A DNA stretch of 64,000 nucleotides. Origin: a virus. The notes beneath the pieces are model-generated. The model ran no database searches, was not told the DNA's origin, and worked only from the letters and a program-made list of their open reading frames with translations. A program made the translations under genes and the position numbers. Of the stretch, positions 52,627-63,753 are shown in pieces. The first letter of the stretch is position 1, and every line of letters begins with the position of its first letter. The stretch is from positions 6,627-70,626 of IMG/VR virus record IMGVR_UViG_3300040944_000171; one strand, 5' to 3'.

Positions 52627-52746
52627 GTGTACACCCACTCCCACCCCCATAAGCACATGGGCAAGAAGGGGCACAAGAGCCACAAGAAGGGCCGGAGCCG
52701 GGCGCGTCAGCCGCGCAACCGCCTCGGCCAGTTCAAGCGCAAGTAA
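52627..52746 (+). CDS. 39-aa protamine-like His/Lys/Arg peptide (absent from the ORF track)
   Basis: GGAGG-5nt-GTG; MYTHSHPHKHMGKKGHKSHKKGRSRARQPRNRLGQFKRK*; hairpin at the stop. Confidence 0.8.
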   Translation: MYTHSHPHKHMGKKGHKSHKKGRSRARQPRNRLGQFKRK

Positions 52747-52761
52747 CCGGCCTCCGGTTAC
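52743..52761 (+). terminator. hairpin ending the plus-strand block
   Basis: GTAACCGG-cct-CCGGTTAC. Confidence 0.5.
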
Positions 52762-52976
52762 CGCTTGACCTCGGTGGAGGGGGCGGGGACCCGCTCCTCG
52801 CCCCCTGCCGCCTGCCTGAGTATCGCGGGGTGGCGCCGACCGGAGGGGGTCGGCGCCCAGTGGCACCAGCAGGGGCAGGGCGGCAGCCCGTGCCACGGCA
52901 AGTCGTGCTCGCGGGCACCCTCAGAGGTGGCGCACCCGGCGGAGCAGAAACAGATGGGACTCATCCGTGGCCGCCA

Positions 52977-53351
52977 TCAGTCGTCGTCAGGACCGCTCGT
53001 CGCGTCATTGAAGAGGTCGCGCGCAGCGGCCGCCGCGCTCTCTGGCCGCTCAGGGTGCCCAAGCCGCGCCAGGATGCGTGTTGCCCGTGATCCGAAGGCA
53101 TCGAAGTGAGGCGGGAACCAACCGTGAGCCTCCTGGATCCACGACGCCCTCATCCCCTCCCGCTCGCCCCAGTCGCGGAGCACGGGTAGCTCAGCCATGA
53201 CGTGCAGGAACGGCCCGCGCCTGGCTTTCCCGCCGATCACGGTCCCGCTGTAGTCAAGGTTCTCGTGGATGGCGACGCCCCCGTCAGCCGCGAAGCGGCA
53301 CGCCTCCATGATCTCTCTGAGTGGGAAGTAGCGCTCGCGGAGTTCACCCAT
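52977..53351 (-). CDS. DUF4031-like protein
   Basis: HVMA...L..WG...G.RASWIQ....PHFD. Confidence 0.55.
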   Translation of the reverse strand: MGELRERYFPLREIMEACRFAADGGVAIHENLDYSGTVIGGKARRGPFLHVMAELPVLRDWGEREGMRASWIQEAHGWFPPHFDAFGSRATRILARLGHPERPESAAAAARDLFNDATSGPDDD

Positions 53352-55601
53352 TCGGCCGTTCCCGAGCCTCCCTACCGCCCTTGCCCATCGCAGCGATCAG
53401 CTCATCGGGGCGCGAGGTCACAGCGTCATGCACGAGGGCATGGGTTGGGCCGCAGGCCGTCGCGCTGTACCGTTCCCCGCACTGGGGACAGGTGACGCGG
53501 GGTTCCCACGCCTCAAGGAGCGACCGCCGACGGGCGGCGAGGCGGATCAGCTCATCCCGTTGGGCCACGAGGTCGTGCACCTGGCGCTGGAGCATGGTGA
53601 TCTCGGCAACCGCTCCGGGGTTGGCAGGATTCGTCACCGCCCTTCCCGAGAATCTCCTGTTGCGTGCCGGGTTATCGGCCGAGTGCGAGTGGTGGGTGGG
53701 GGCACCCGCCGCTGCGTAGAGGGCGTGGAAGATGCCCTCCACGGGCTTCTGATCCGCCAGGCAGGCGGCGAGGCAGCCGGGGCAGCACAGTGCGTCAGGG
53801 TCGGTGCAACCACCGCCGAGTGACCACCCGGGCCCGCCCTTGGCGAACCGATCCTTGCCGCATAGCGTCGGCCCCGGCGTCCCGTGGTGGGTCGCCCCGA
53901 CGAGGCAGACCTCGTGGAGCGGCCGGCCATCGACCAGACCGCCGAAGGCCCACTGGAGCGTCTCATAGGCCACGATTTCGTCGGCGCTCGGCGTCTCAGT
54001 CATGTGTGACATCCCTCGGTTGGTCCGCTGAATCTCTGCTCAGGTGAGGCTCACGCTCAGCTTGCCTTCTCAGTGCGGCCACTACAGCCGGGGATGATCC
54101 CAGCGGCACATCCACGGGGAGCCCGCCCATCAACTTCGCCACCGTTTTCACCGTCCGTACAAAGAGGGGCAAATCAACGGGCTCCCCTACTGGAGGATTG
54201 AAGGCAGCGAGGAAGGTGGCTTGGGGGTCGCCCTCTATGCGATCAGCTGCGCGCCGCAAGAGGTCGGGCAGTCTGAGGTTAGGCATGGGGATCTCTGCTC
54301 ACGATGTAGAGGCGATCCACATATCCCTCGGGTGGGGGCGGTGTCAGGGGCGCCCAATGCAGCCCGAGCCGCGACACCGTCCGCCCCTGGCAGGTGCAGA
54401 CGTAGGAGGCATTGAGGCCGTGGCCGCGCCAGTTGGCGTCCTTGTCCGCGCAGGCGCACATCAGGGTCATGCGTCAGTGCTCATGGGAATCTCTGCTACC
54501 GACCACCTAGACGGCCTTGTTGGGGTCGGTGATCCCGGCCAGCTTGACCAGCTTGTCGAGCACGACCAGCCCCTCGTTGAGGTTCCCCAGGTAGTCGAGT
54601 TGCTTGCTCTTAGGCAGGGCGTGGTGCATCTCTAGGATGGCCTCGCGGGCGTTGGCGGGCGAGAACGACTCCGGCTCGGGCTGGGCGGCGGTGGCGTCAG
54701 TGGTCATGGTTTCTCCTCTTGGTCTGCTAAATCTCTGCTTCCAGCGGTGTTATCAGCGCCAAAGAAGGCGAGCACCTCGGCGGACTCTGGGGGTACCGCT
54801 GCCTGAACCACCCGACGACCAGCGACAAACGCATTGAAGTCGTCTGCCGCGTGCCACCAGCACTGGAAACCCCACACAACCGATCCATCCTCTAGCACGA
54901 TCTTGGGGTTTGGGTGCTTGACGAGGCGTAGATAATCTCCGATCTCTCCAGGCGGGTAATCGTCTCCGACATACTCACCAAAGCCGATCAGGCGCACCTC
55001 ATCATCGTCAGCGCTCAAAATGGCAACCACGCGCTCGCTCATGTCTCTCGCACTCCGAAGCTATCGGGCTCGGCGGCCCACTCCAGGGCGCACGGCGCGC
55101 AGAGCCGCCAGGGATTGTCCTCGCCGCCCTCGCCGTCCAGTTTCCCGTGACACGACGGGCAGCGGCCCATGCGGGCCTCCTTCCACGCCGGGCCGATCTC
55201 TCCGGGGCCGAGCCCCAGGCGAACGTAGAGCGCCCGGTACTCCTCGGACGGCGGGGTGAGGACGAACGGCGGGGTGCCGATCTCCTCGGCGCTCATGCCG
55301 CCGCCCAGCGCGGAGAGCCGGTCTACCTCGCCCTGGAGCCGCGTGACCTCCTCGGTGAGCGTCTCCGCGATGGTGCGCCATTCCTCGGCGTCTCTGTTAC
55401 CAGGCCGATCCTGGCAGTCGATGCCGCAGAGGGGGCAGGTGCCCACGTCGCGAAGGGCGCGGTGGTGCTCACACTCAGCGTCGTGACGGCCCGCAGCGGC
55501 AGCGGCCTGATGGGCAGGGCGGCAGCGGGTTCGCCAGGCGATCAGTTGCCCCTCGGTCACCCCGAGAATCGCGGCGTCCAGGGAGAGGAGATCAGCGTCG
55601 T

Positions 55602-55892
55602 TCATGCCGGAACCTCGGCGCTGATGGCGGGGGCGACCTCGAAGACGTGGACGATGATGAGCCCGCCGATGAGATGGCCCATCCCGATGCTCCTGACAAT
55701 CCGCAGCGAGGCCGGGATCTCCTGTCCGGTATTGATGCAGAGGTAGTGGTGCTCCGTCTCGGGGAGGGCATCCCCGTGGAGCGCCCAGATGCAGACGGTG
55801 CCGCCCCGCTCCCGGCAGTACAGCGGCGGATGGGTGAGGCGCACGGTGGTGACCCCGTCCAGCATGAGCGGGTACTTGAACACGGCGAGCAT
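55602..55892 (-). CDS. conserved small phage protein
   Basis: VFKYPL...CIWA...NTGQEIP...VHVFE. Confidence 0.65.
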   Translation of the reverse strand: MLAVFKYPLMLDGVTTVRLTHPPLYCRERGGTVCIWALHGDALPETEHHYLCINTGQEIPASLRIVRSIGMGHLIGGLIIVHVFEVAPAISAEVPA

Positions 55893-56814
55893 TGAGGATC
55901 TCCCTTTACGGCGATGGGGTTGCGGTAGTGAGCGGATAGATGGAGGGCGGCGGGATCTCCGCCGTTGGCAGCGGGGTGGTGAGGTAGACGCCGGCGCAGG
56001 GCGACGATCCGGCGGGCGGCGGCCAGCTGGAGCACGCGGGGGTGGCATACGGCGTCGGCGTCGGGGTGCCGAACGTGAAGCTGGGCACCGGGGCGTAGGT
56101 CGGCCCCGTCCAGGTGCCGGAGGGCGTGAGGCTGGGCGTGGCCAGCTGCACCACGAGCGGAGAGCCCGGGCCGAGATCCCAGATCACCAGCACCACGACG
56201 CCAGCCACGACCAGGATGGCCAAGATCATGAGCAGGCCACGGAGGACGGCGGTCATCATCCACGCTCTCCGTCGGGGTGGCAGCGGTAGCAGCGGGCGGT
56301 GCCGGGCACGGCGGACAGCCGGAACGGCAGAGCCCGCTCAGCCGCCTCGCGGAGGACCTTCCCCGTGACGGCTAGCGACACCCCGGCCTGCTCATCGAGG
56401 TCGAAGGTGCCGTCGGTGTGGAACCGCACCAGGCAGCGGCCGCAGTCGGAGCACATCTCCTCCTCGATCACGGGAGCATCGGGCGCAGGGGGCGCGGGAC
56501 GCGACCAGGGGAACCTCATCGAAGGTGGCTCCGGGGTGAGCCCGGGGCCGGGCCACGGCCCAGCCAGAGCAGTGCCATCTTGACCTTGGACTCGCCGGGG
56601 TGGTGGTGGTGGAAGTGCGCCGCCACCATCCCCATCGGCTCCCCGTCCTCCCACTCGTCGCCGCAGATGCGGCAGACCAGGGCGAAGTCCTGGAAGCCGT
56701 ACCCGGTGGCTCGGCTGCCCTCGGTGCGCCTCGGCACCTGGACGCCGTCGTCGTTGCACGGCCAGGAGCCGGGCGGGTAGAGGACCCCGTACCGGGAGAT
56801 CTCGGCGCTGGCCA

Positions 56815-57375
56815 TCAGCCGTCCTCACCGATGGTGATGATTGACCCCGCCTCGGCATGCTGGATGCGCTCGCCGAGATGGCGCAGCCCGTCGGGGAGCG
56901 GAGCCGTCCGCAGCGTCTCCAGTGCCTCGCTCCACCGCTCATCCATGTCCACCACGGGACCGGCCAGCGTCTCGGCGGAGGCGCGGATGACATCGGCGCG
57001 GAGCCCAAAGGCGGCGGCCTCGGCCTCGGTGGGGAGGCGGAAGTACACGGTCGCATAGGTCGAGTCGAAGTCGTCGTCCTCGTCGCTGAGGTACAGCGGG
57101 TTGCTGGGCAGCCGGTGGGTGATGATGCAGCCGGGGCACACGCAGTACGGCCCCTCGGAGGTCTCGGGGTAGCTGAGCGCCCAGTGGTCGCGGTTGCCGC
57201 CGCCGTTGCGGGTGTAGACGGCGACCCGGAGCTGGCCCGGCTCCGTGCGCTCCACCCAGGCGTCGCGGAAGCGTCCCACGTCGTCGGGTCGCAGCCCGAC
57301 CAGGAGGAGCACGACATCGGAGCGGGGGGCGTCCCGTGCCCCTCCCGGAAAGACGAGGTCAAACATCGTGGACAT
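56815..57375 (-). CDS. conserved phage protein
   Basis: GRFRDAW...VYTRNGGGNR...YLSDEDDDFDSTYATVYF. Confidence 0.7.
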   Translation of the reverse strand: MSTMFDLVFPGGARDAPRSDVVLLLVGLRPDDVGRFRDAWVERTEPGQLRVAVYTRNGGGNRDHWALSYPETSEGPYCVCPGCIITHRLPSNPLYLSDEDDDFDSTYATVYFRLPTEAEAAAFGLRADVIRASAETLAGPVVDMDERWSEALETLRTAPLPDGLRHLGERIQHAEAGSIITIGEDG

Positions 57376-57725
57376 CGGATCCCTCCTGGTCGGGCGGGAA
57401 GTTGTACCCCTCCGAGAGGCCAGCCTGGCTGAGGTAGGCGGCGTGACGGCGCGCCACCTCAAGGTCGTCGGCGTAGGTGACGCGCCAGCACACTGACCCC
57501 ACCGCCGCGCTGGGCGGGACGGGGGCCATGTTGGGCAGCAGCTCCAGCAGGATCGGGAAGACGCCCTCGCGCTGGATCAGCTGGGTGCCGAGCTCATTCC
57601 ACTGCTCCGGGCTGGGCAGCGCGAACGTGCCCTCGTCATCGGTGCGGGTGGCCACCCAGATGTGATCGACATGGACGCCGCCCACGCACCGGCCGCGCAG
57701 CCCGCACTGGTGTGGCGGGAGCATC

Positions 57726-58175
57726 TCACCCATCGCGTGGAGTCCAGGAGACGAGTAGGCCATCGGGTGGCGTCCACCCCCAGAGCCGCTGATGGCCCAC
57801 GGCCGGGATCGGTCTCTCCAGGCGATGAATGTCGGCGAGGAGCCACGCCCAGCGCTGCGGCCCGTAGTCGCCCAGTGGCTCCTCCAACGGGCGGGCACGG
57901 AGGAGTGAGCGGACGGAGGAGTTATCGACAGAGAGGCAGCGGCGCAGTACACAGACGGCGACCACCGTGCCAGTCGGGAGGGCATCGACATCGACGCCCA
58001 TGTACAACTGGGCGAGGTGGCGCTGGGTGTCGAAATAGGCCGAGGTGGGCCGTCCCCTGGCAGCGTGGATGGCCAGCGGGCCACGGTAGCGCGTCGACCA
58101 GGAGCGCGTTTCGACGCTCTTGTCCCCCGCTGCGACCAGCGATGCCCACGGCTGGGTAAGCGTCAGCGCCTTCAC
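57726..58175 (-). CDS. ASCH-domain protein
   Basis: KALTLTQPWASLV..G.KSVETRSWSTRYRGPLAIHAA. Confidence 0.9.
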   Translation of the reverse strand: MKALTLTQPWASLVAAGDKSVETRSWSTRYRGPLAIHAARGRPTSAYFDTQRHLAQLYMGVDVDALPTGTVVAVCVLRRCLSVDNSSVRSLLRARPLEEPLGDYGPQRWAWLLADIHRLERPIPAVGHQRLWGWTPPDGLLVSWTPRDG

Positions 58176-59658
58176 GGGAGCCCCTCCACAAACCGATCCA
58201 GGGACGCGACCTCCTCGGTCCAGTGGCGGAGCGTGTCCCGTGCCTCGGCGAGGCGCTGGTGCGTCTCTCTGATCGCGCTCAGCGCTGGCCACCAGAGACG
58301 CGGAACCGCTGCGGTGCCGACGAGGAAGACGCTCTCGAGGGAGCAGCCCTGGGGGATGCCGACGAGTCGCCCGAAGAGGGCGGCCTCCCGGAGGGGGGCG
58401 GCCACCGGGAAGAGCCGGTAGTGGAAGCCGACGGCCCGTTCAGCGATCCAGGAGGCGAGGCCGATCACATCGTAGGCGCGGGCGAAGCCGTCCTCGGAGA
58501 AGAGAATGCAGACATCGCCGAGGTCCATGTAGGGGCGCCGGGGCAAGGCGCCTGGTGCAGTGACGGCGGGGAACTCCTGGACGATGGTGACGGCGCCCCC
58601 CCTACCCTCTGAGACGACCGGCCAACCCCATGGGCGGGTCACGTCCAGCACTCCCCGAGGGGGGTGGAGGCGGCCGACCCGCAGGGCGGCGGGGACGGGG
58701 TCGGGGTGCCCCAGCCCACCGCGTGGACGGGGGTCAGGGCCTCCCAGGCGAGCAGCGTCGCGAGGAAGGCGAGCGCGACCAGGAGCACGATGACCGGGAA
58801 CGCCCCGGCGGCGCGCCGCGCGAGCCCGCTCATGGTCAGCGCCCTCATGGCAGACCCTGACCCCAGAGGGGGTTTCCCGTGCTCACCCAGCGGATGATCG
58901 CCCAGATCAGGACGGCCCAGAAGGCGATGCCGAAGAGGATCGCCCCGGCCCAGCCGATGATGGCATCGCGTCGGCGTCGGCGTCGCCATCTGCTGAGGTC
59001 ATTCATCACCCCGTCCTCCGCTCGCACCACTCGACCAGGGCCAGGAGGTCATCGTCGGACATGGTGAAGTAGGCGTAGTAGCGGAAGGGAGAATCGGGGG
59101 TTGAGATCCCGGTGGCGGCGGCGAGGCGGTAGGCGAGGTCGCGACGGGCGTCGGCCTCTGCCTGCTCCCTATCGTGCTTGGCCTGCCTCTCGCTGTCGCG
59201 CAGCCGATGCTGCTCATGGACGCCGCAGAGCGTCCCCGACTTGCGGCGGTTGAGGCAGGGGTGGCCGTACAGCATCGACGTGCAGCGCTCCTCGGGCGGC
59301 CGGAACGGCTTGGCCACGGGCTGATCGTAGAAGTGGGGATGAGCGCGCCGCCACCCATTGAGCGCGAGCACGGCGCTGGTTGCCTCCACCGCCACGACCT
59401 TGTCGCCGTCGACGTACATGAACTTCATCGGATCAGCCTCCAGTGGGGGGTGGGTGGGTGCGGGGCTTCACAGCGGTGCGGTCTCCCAGCGGTGGACGGT
59501 GGGTGCGACCGTCTCCAGGCCGCCGAGGCAGCCGTCGCAGATGGGCCGCCACGGGTGCTCCTGGCCGGGCGGCGCCACCCAGCGGAAGCGGAGGGAGGCT
59601 TGCCGCCCGCACCAGGCGCAGGGCTGAGCCCTGTCCCTCCGCTCCATCGTCCCCACAC

Positions 59659-60315
59659 TCATGACTGCGCGCAGGCAGCGCCGTCGGCGCAGGAGGCGTC
59701 AAGGGCGGTGCCCAGCATCCCGATGAGACGGTCGTAATTCTGCTCCCACTGCGTGTCCCAGGCGGCGTCCTGGGGGTACAGGCTGGCGTCGTTCTCGTGG
59801 CTGGCCAGGGCTTGGGTGACCCACCCGGCCGCCTCGGCGATGTCAGTCCGGGTCGGGTACTGCCCGCTCTGGCAGGCGCTCCTGATCCAGCCCGCCAGGG
59901 TGGTCCAGTCGGACGCCTCCTGGCGGTAGTAGGGGATGTCGGAGAGTGGGTAGCGGGTGTCGGTGCCCGCCTGCAGCGCGGCCGCCTCGGCGCTGTCCAG
60001 GCTGGCGTCCTGGCCGAGGGTCGCGGCCGCCCAGGAGCAGTCCGCCGCCGTCCAGGCGACGCTCATCACGGGCGCGGCGGAGGGGCTGAGCGGGATCAGC
60101 GACGGCGCTGCCTTTGCCGTGGAGGACGCCCCCCCCGTCGGGGCGATCAGTTGCGGCGCGGCGGGCGCCTGGGCGGGCGTCGGGGTCGCGCTGGGACTGC
60201 TCAGGACGGGCAGCGGCCCGGTGTAGAAGGGCTGGAAGGGCGGGTGGCCGCCCACGAGGTTGAAGCCCGCCAGGGCGAGCCCGGCGAGGACGAGTCCGGT
60301 GAGGATCTTGAACAT
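59659..60315 (-). CDS. secreted helical protein
   Basis: signal peptide MFKILTGLVLAGLALAG; Pro/Ala linker. Confidence 0.65.
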   Translation of the reverse strand: MFKILTGLVLAGLALAGFNLVGGHPPFQPFYTGPLPVLSSPSATPTPAQAPAAPQLIAPTGGASSTAKAAPSLIPLSPSAAPVMSVAWTAADCSWAAATLGQDASLDSAEAAALQAGTDTRYPLSDIPYYRQEASDWTTLAGWIRSACQSGQYPTRTDIAEAAGWVTQALASHENDASLYPQDAAWDTQWEQNYDRLIGMLGTALDASCADGAACAQS

Positions 60316-60956
60316 CTCGGTGCCTTTCAGTGGTGGTGGGCCAAGCGCCGATCCAGCACGGCGAGGGCCGTGATGAGGGCGGCGGCGAGCCCGACGGTGG
60401 TGACGATGAGGACGGCGGCGGCACTGACCAGGGCGGTCATGGCAGCCTCTCCGCCGGGAGCTTCGCGATGACGGCCTCGGCGAGGTCGGAGGCGGTCTGG
60501 GGGTGGTCGGGGAGCAGATCCAGGGCCACGCCTCGGCAGGCGGTGGGGATGATGAGGGGGCGCTCCAGGAGCACCCCCCGGCGGCGCCCTGGCGTCGACG
60601 CGCTGGGACGGAGCACCCCGTACACGATGGCCCCGTCACCGTCCACCCGCTGGCGCACGGTGAGGGTGGCCGTCTGGTCGCCGACATCGACGGCGGAACC
60701 GGCCAGGATCGGCCAGATCGCCCTCACGATGCGGATCGGCGGCCGCGAGGTCAGGGTGATGGTGAAGTCGGGCTCATCCACGGCGACATCGCTCATGAGC
60801 GAGCCCTCCGCTGCGGGTCGGGGCGGCCACAGGCGGGGCAGCGGCCCCGTAGGACCACCACCCCGCACGGGCAGACACGTCGGGTGCGCTCGCGCTCCGC
60901 GCGCTCGCAGAGCGCGATGATCCGGTCACGGTTGGCCATAGCCTCGGCGCGGGTGC

Positions 60957-61532
60957 TCATAGGGACTCCCAGCCGACGCCCATGGTCCAGACCAGGCAGG
61001 GCGCAGGATACTTGCGGTCGAGCGTCTCAAGGGCGGTATCGCGCGAAGCCTTCACGACTCGGAAGGCACCGCCTGGGTAGACACTCTCGCCGGGGGCGAG
61101 GAAGGGTGTGGAACCTCGCTTCACGAGACGGTCGAGGCGTTGGCGCAACTGCTGCTCCTCCACCAACATGAGGGCGACCGTCTCCTCCCGGCTCGCCTGG
61201 AGCGTCTCATCGGAGATGCTCTCGCCGATCAGCCGTGCCAGGGAAGCGAGGGGTACAGCAGCGACGAAGGCCCCCCACGCCTTGGGGACGATCCTGAACG
61301 GATCCCCGAGATAGTCGATGTGAACCCGGATCATGCCCCCGTCGCCAACATCCTCGATGCTGCCGACCACCGTGCCCTTCCAGGCCAGGGTGGCGCGGTA
61401 CGCGATCCCTTCATGAGTCCGGTGCCCACTGTAGGAGGTGACGATCCAGTCCCGGTTGGGTGCCTCGAGCAGGCTGGCGGGGAGCGTGATGCTGGCGGCC
61501 ACGGCCACCGGGATCTTGGATGTGCGGGCCAT
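60957..61532 (-). CDS. hypothetical early protein
   Basis: AGAGGA RBS; EGIAYRATL...EDVGDGG. Confidence 0.7.
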   Translation of the reverse strand: MARTSKIPVAVAASITLPASLLEAPNRDWIVTSYSGHRTHEGIAYRATLAWKGTVVGSIEDVGDGGMIRVHIDYLGDPFRIVPKAWGAFVAAVPLASLARLIGESISDETLQASREETVALMLVEEQQLRQRLDRLVKRGSTPFLAPGESVYPGGAFRVVKASRDTALETLDRKYPAPCLVWTMGVGWESL

Positions 61533-61652
61533 CTGGATCTCCTCTGCGCCGTATTGGGGGCTGGCGCGTACCCCATCTGTCTGTCATCTGACATTCTCCT
61601 CCCTGGGCTGGGTGACTGTCAAGTGGCAGCGGGGTCGCGATATGATGGCGGC

Positions 61653-61877
61653 ATGGAGGCCACCGCCAACCGGCTGCGGGCGCTCCGGGTGGCCCGGGGT
61701 TGGACGATCATGGAGCTGGCCCGGCGCTCCGGCGTGGACGACTCCATCATCGGCCGCTGGGAGCGGGGCAAGCGCCAGCCCCTGGTGGCCTCGGCGCTCG
61801 CCGTGGCCCGCGCCCTGGGGGTGCCCCTCGAGGAGATCCTGCCCGCCAGCGTGGCCGTAGGCGCGGATGGAGGATGA
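61653..61877 (+). CDS. XRE-family repressor/Cro-like HTH
   Basis: NRLRALR..RGWT..ELARRSGV....IGRWERG..QP; leaderless TATGAT. Confidence 0.9.
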   Translation: MEATANRLRALRVARGWTIMELARRSGVDDSIIGRWERGKRQPLVASALAVARALGVPLEEILPASVAVGADGG

Positions 61878-63753
61878 CACCTTCGTCTCGGTGTTCTCCG
61901 GGATCGGGGGCTTCGACCTCCCCCTCCAGCGCCTGGGCTGGCGCTGCGTCGCCCAGGTGGAGATCGACCCCCAGGCCCGAGCGGTGCTCGAGCGCCACTT
62001 CCCCGATGTCCCCCGCCACGGGGATGTGAGGGGTGTCCACGCAGCCAGACGGTGCGGCGGACGCTGCGACGGCTGCCTCCCTCCCGCTCGCCTGGTCTGC
62101 GGGGGATTCCCGTGCCAAGATGTGTCGACCGCTGGACGCCGTGCTGGCCTGGGCGGAGCGCGGAGCGGGCTCTTCTATGAGCTCGCTCGCCTCTGTGCTG
62201 AGCTCGCTCCCGCCTGGATCCTCGCCGAGAACGTCCCCGGGCTTCTCACGTCCTGCGGCTGCCCTGAGTGCTCCGGAGCCCTCTCTGCCGCCGCCCGCGC
62301 AGCTAGAGCTGATCCCCTCGAGGACGAGGAGGAGACCGCCACAGCGATCCGCCCCGACCATCGCGGACGGGACATGGCGGCCGTCCTCGGGACGCTGGGA
62401 GAACTCGGGTATGGGTACGCCTACCGGGTGCTGGACGCTCAGCACTTCGGAGTCCCCCAGCGCCGCCGTCGCCTCTACTTTGTCGGACATCTTGGAGCCC
62501 CCTGGTCCGCACCTGGCGCGGTACTGCTTGAGCCCGAGGGCGGCGCTGGGCATCCTGCGCCGGGCGGAGCGCCGGGGCCGGGTGCTGCCGGCGGCGCTCC
62601 GGGAGGCGCTGGAGAACCTGGCGGGCGCTGGGGCGTCCCCGCCGTCGCCGGGACCCTCGGAGCCCTGACCGGCGGCCAGCGCCAGGACCTGGACGGCATG
62701 TCCTACATCCCCGTGCTCGAGGCGGCTGCCACCCTGACCAGCGGGGGCCACCCGAGCAGCCATGAGCCGGGGCGCCATTGCGAGGACGATGTGAACCTCC
62801 TGGTGACGGGGCCGCTGCGCTCCCACCCGCGTCCGGGCTCGGCGACGCCGGGCAACCTCGCCCTGAGCCCGACGCTCACCGCCAGCATGGGCCAGGATGC
62901 CGGGCACCCCGGCCAGGGCGGCAAGGACGAGATCATCCTGGCGGTGGCCCACGCCCTGACCGCCGAGGGGGCCGATGCCAGCGAGGACGGCACGGGGCGG
63001 GGCACGCCGCTCGTGCTCGCCTTCACCCTCCATCCCAACGACGAGCCGGGCGGGGTGAGCGCGCGCGAGGCCGAGGTGGCGGCGACCCTGACCGGCAACC
63101 CGAGCCAGATGGAGGGAGGCGACCGGGGCACCCGCACCGTCTACCGCAAGGCCCAGAAGGCGCACTCGAGCGACGACGCAGAGCGCTGGGAGGAGACCGC
63201 CGCCACGCCGACGCTGGATGCGACGGGCATGGGAGGTTTGAGTTCAACGCTGGTGGCGGAGACGGTGGGACCGCTGGTGGCCGGCCGGGGCCCGGGCGGG
63301 CATGGCGGGTCGGGGCTGACCGGCTCTGGGCCGGTGGAGGAGGGGTATGTCGTGGCCCAGCCCCTCCGGGGCCGCCCCTACTCGGACAGCGGCGGGTCAG
63401 AGGGCGGTCTGCTCGCCTTCGGGATCAGCTCCGATGCGGTGGATCGCAGCGGTGAGGGCGATGGCACCCCCGGGGGGAGGTCGGGCCTGGGCATCGTGCC
63501 GGGGGCATCACCATCGCTCCGGTCTCGGCCGACGAACTCGGTGGCGGCGGGGATGGCGGTGCGCCGGCTCACCCCGCTCGAGTGCGAGCGGCTCCAGGGG
63601 TTCCCCGATGGGTGGACGGAGGGACAGGCGGACTCGGCCAGGTACCGCGAACTCGGCAACGCCGTGGCCGTGCCGGTGGTGGAGTGGGTCGGGACGAGGC
63701 TGACCGCAGTGGACAGGAGCATCCAGGAGCATCCAGGGGCGGTCGCGCCATGA
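61867..63753 (+). CDS. C5-cytosine DNA methyltransferase
   Basis: FSGIGG, GGFPCQD, ENVPGLL, PQRRRR, RRLTPLECERLQGFPD, GNAV. Confidence 0.93.
   Translation: MEDDTFVSVFSGIGGFDLPLQRLGWRCVAQVEIDPQARAVLERHFPDVPRHGDVRGVHAARRCGGRCDGCLPPARLVCGGFPCQDVSTAGRRAGLGGARSGLFYELARLCAELAPAWILAENVPGLLTSCGCPECSGALSAAARAARADPLEDEEETATAIRPDHRGRDMAAVLGTLGELGYGYAYRVLDAQHFGVPQRRRRLYFVGHLGAPWSAPGAVLLEPEGGAGHPAPGGAPGPGAAGGAPGGAGEPGGRWGVPAVAGTLGALTGGQRQDLDGMSYIPVLEAAATLTSGGHPSSHEPGRHCEDDVNLLVTGPLRSHPRPGSATPGNLALSPTLTASMGQDAGHPGQGGKDEIILAVAHALTAEGADASEDGTGRGTPLVLAFTLHPNDEPGGVSAREAEVAATLTGNPSQMEGGDRGTRTVYRKAQKAHSSDDAERWEETAATPTLDATGMGGLSSTLVAETVGPLVAGRGPGGHGGSGLTGSGPVEEGYVVAQPLRGRPYSDSGGSEGGLLAFGISSDAVDRSGEGDGTPGGRSGLGIVPGASPSLRSRPTNSVAAGMAVRRLTPLECERLQGFPDGWTEGQADSARYRELGNAVAVPVVEWVGTRLTAVDRSIQEHPGAVAP
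62033..62668 (+). CDS. overprinted alternative-frame polypeptide within the C5 methyltransferase
   Basis: W..SG......CWT...SE.P.....STLSDILE....RYCLSPRAALGILRRAERRG..LP.AL..AL. Confidence 0.6.
   Translation: MSTQPDGAADAATAASLPLAWSAGDSRAKMCRPLDAVLAWAERGAGSSMSSLASVLSSLPPGSSPRTSPGFSRPAAALSAPEPSLPPPAQLELIPSRTRRRPPQRSAPTIADGTWRPSSGRWENSGMGTPTGCWTLSTSESPSAAVASTLSDILEPPGPHLARYCLSPRAALGILRRAERRGRVLPAALREALENLAGAGASPPSPGPSEP

Larger units (their letters stand above)
53344..61532 (-). other. early-type operon of about 20 small coupled hypothetical phage genes
   Basis: contiguous minus-strand ORFs with ATGA/GTGA overlaps; TTGACA at 61617-61622 upstream. Confidence 0.7.

Noticed and set aside
61582-61594. 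ATGTCAGA(T/C) motif, also at about 29165 and 49280, as a repressor operator
   Set aside because: Only three short matches with inconsistent symmetry; not distinguishable from chance by eye.
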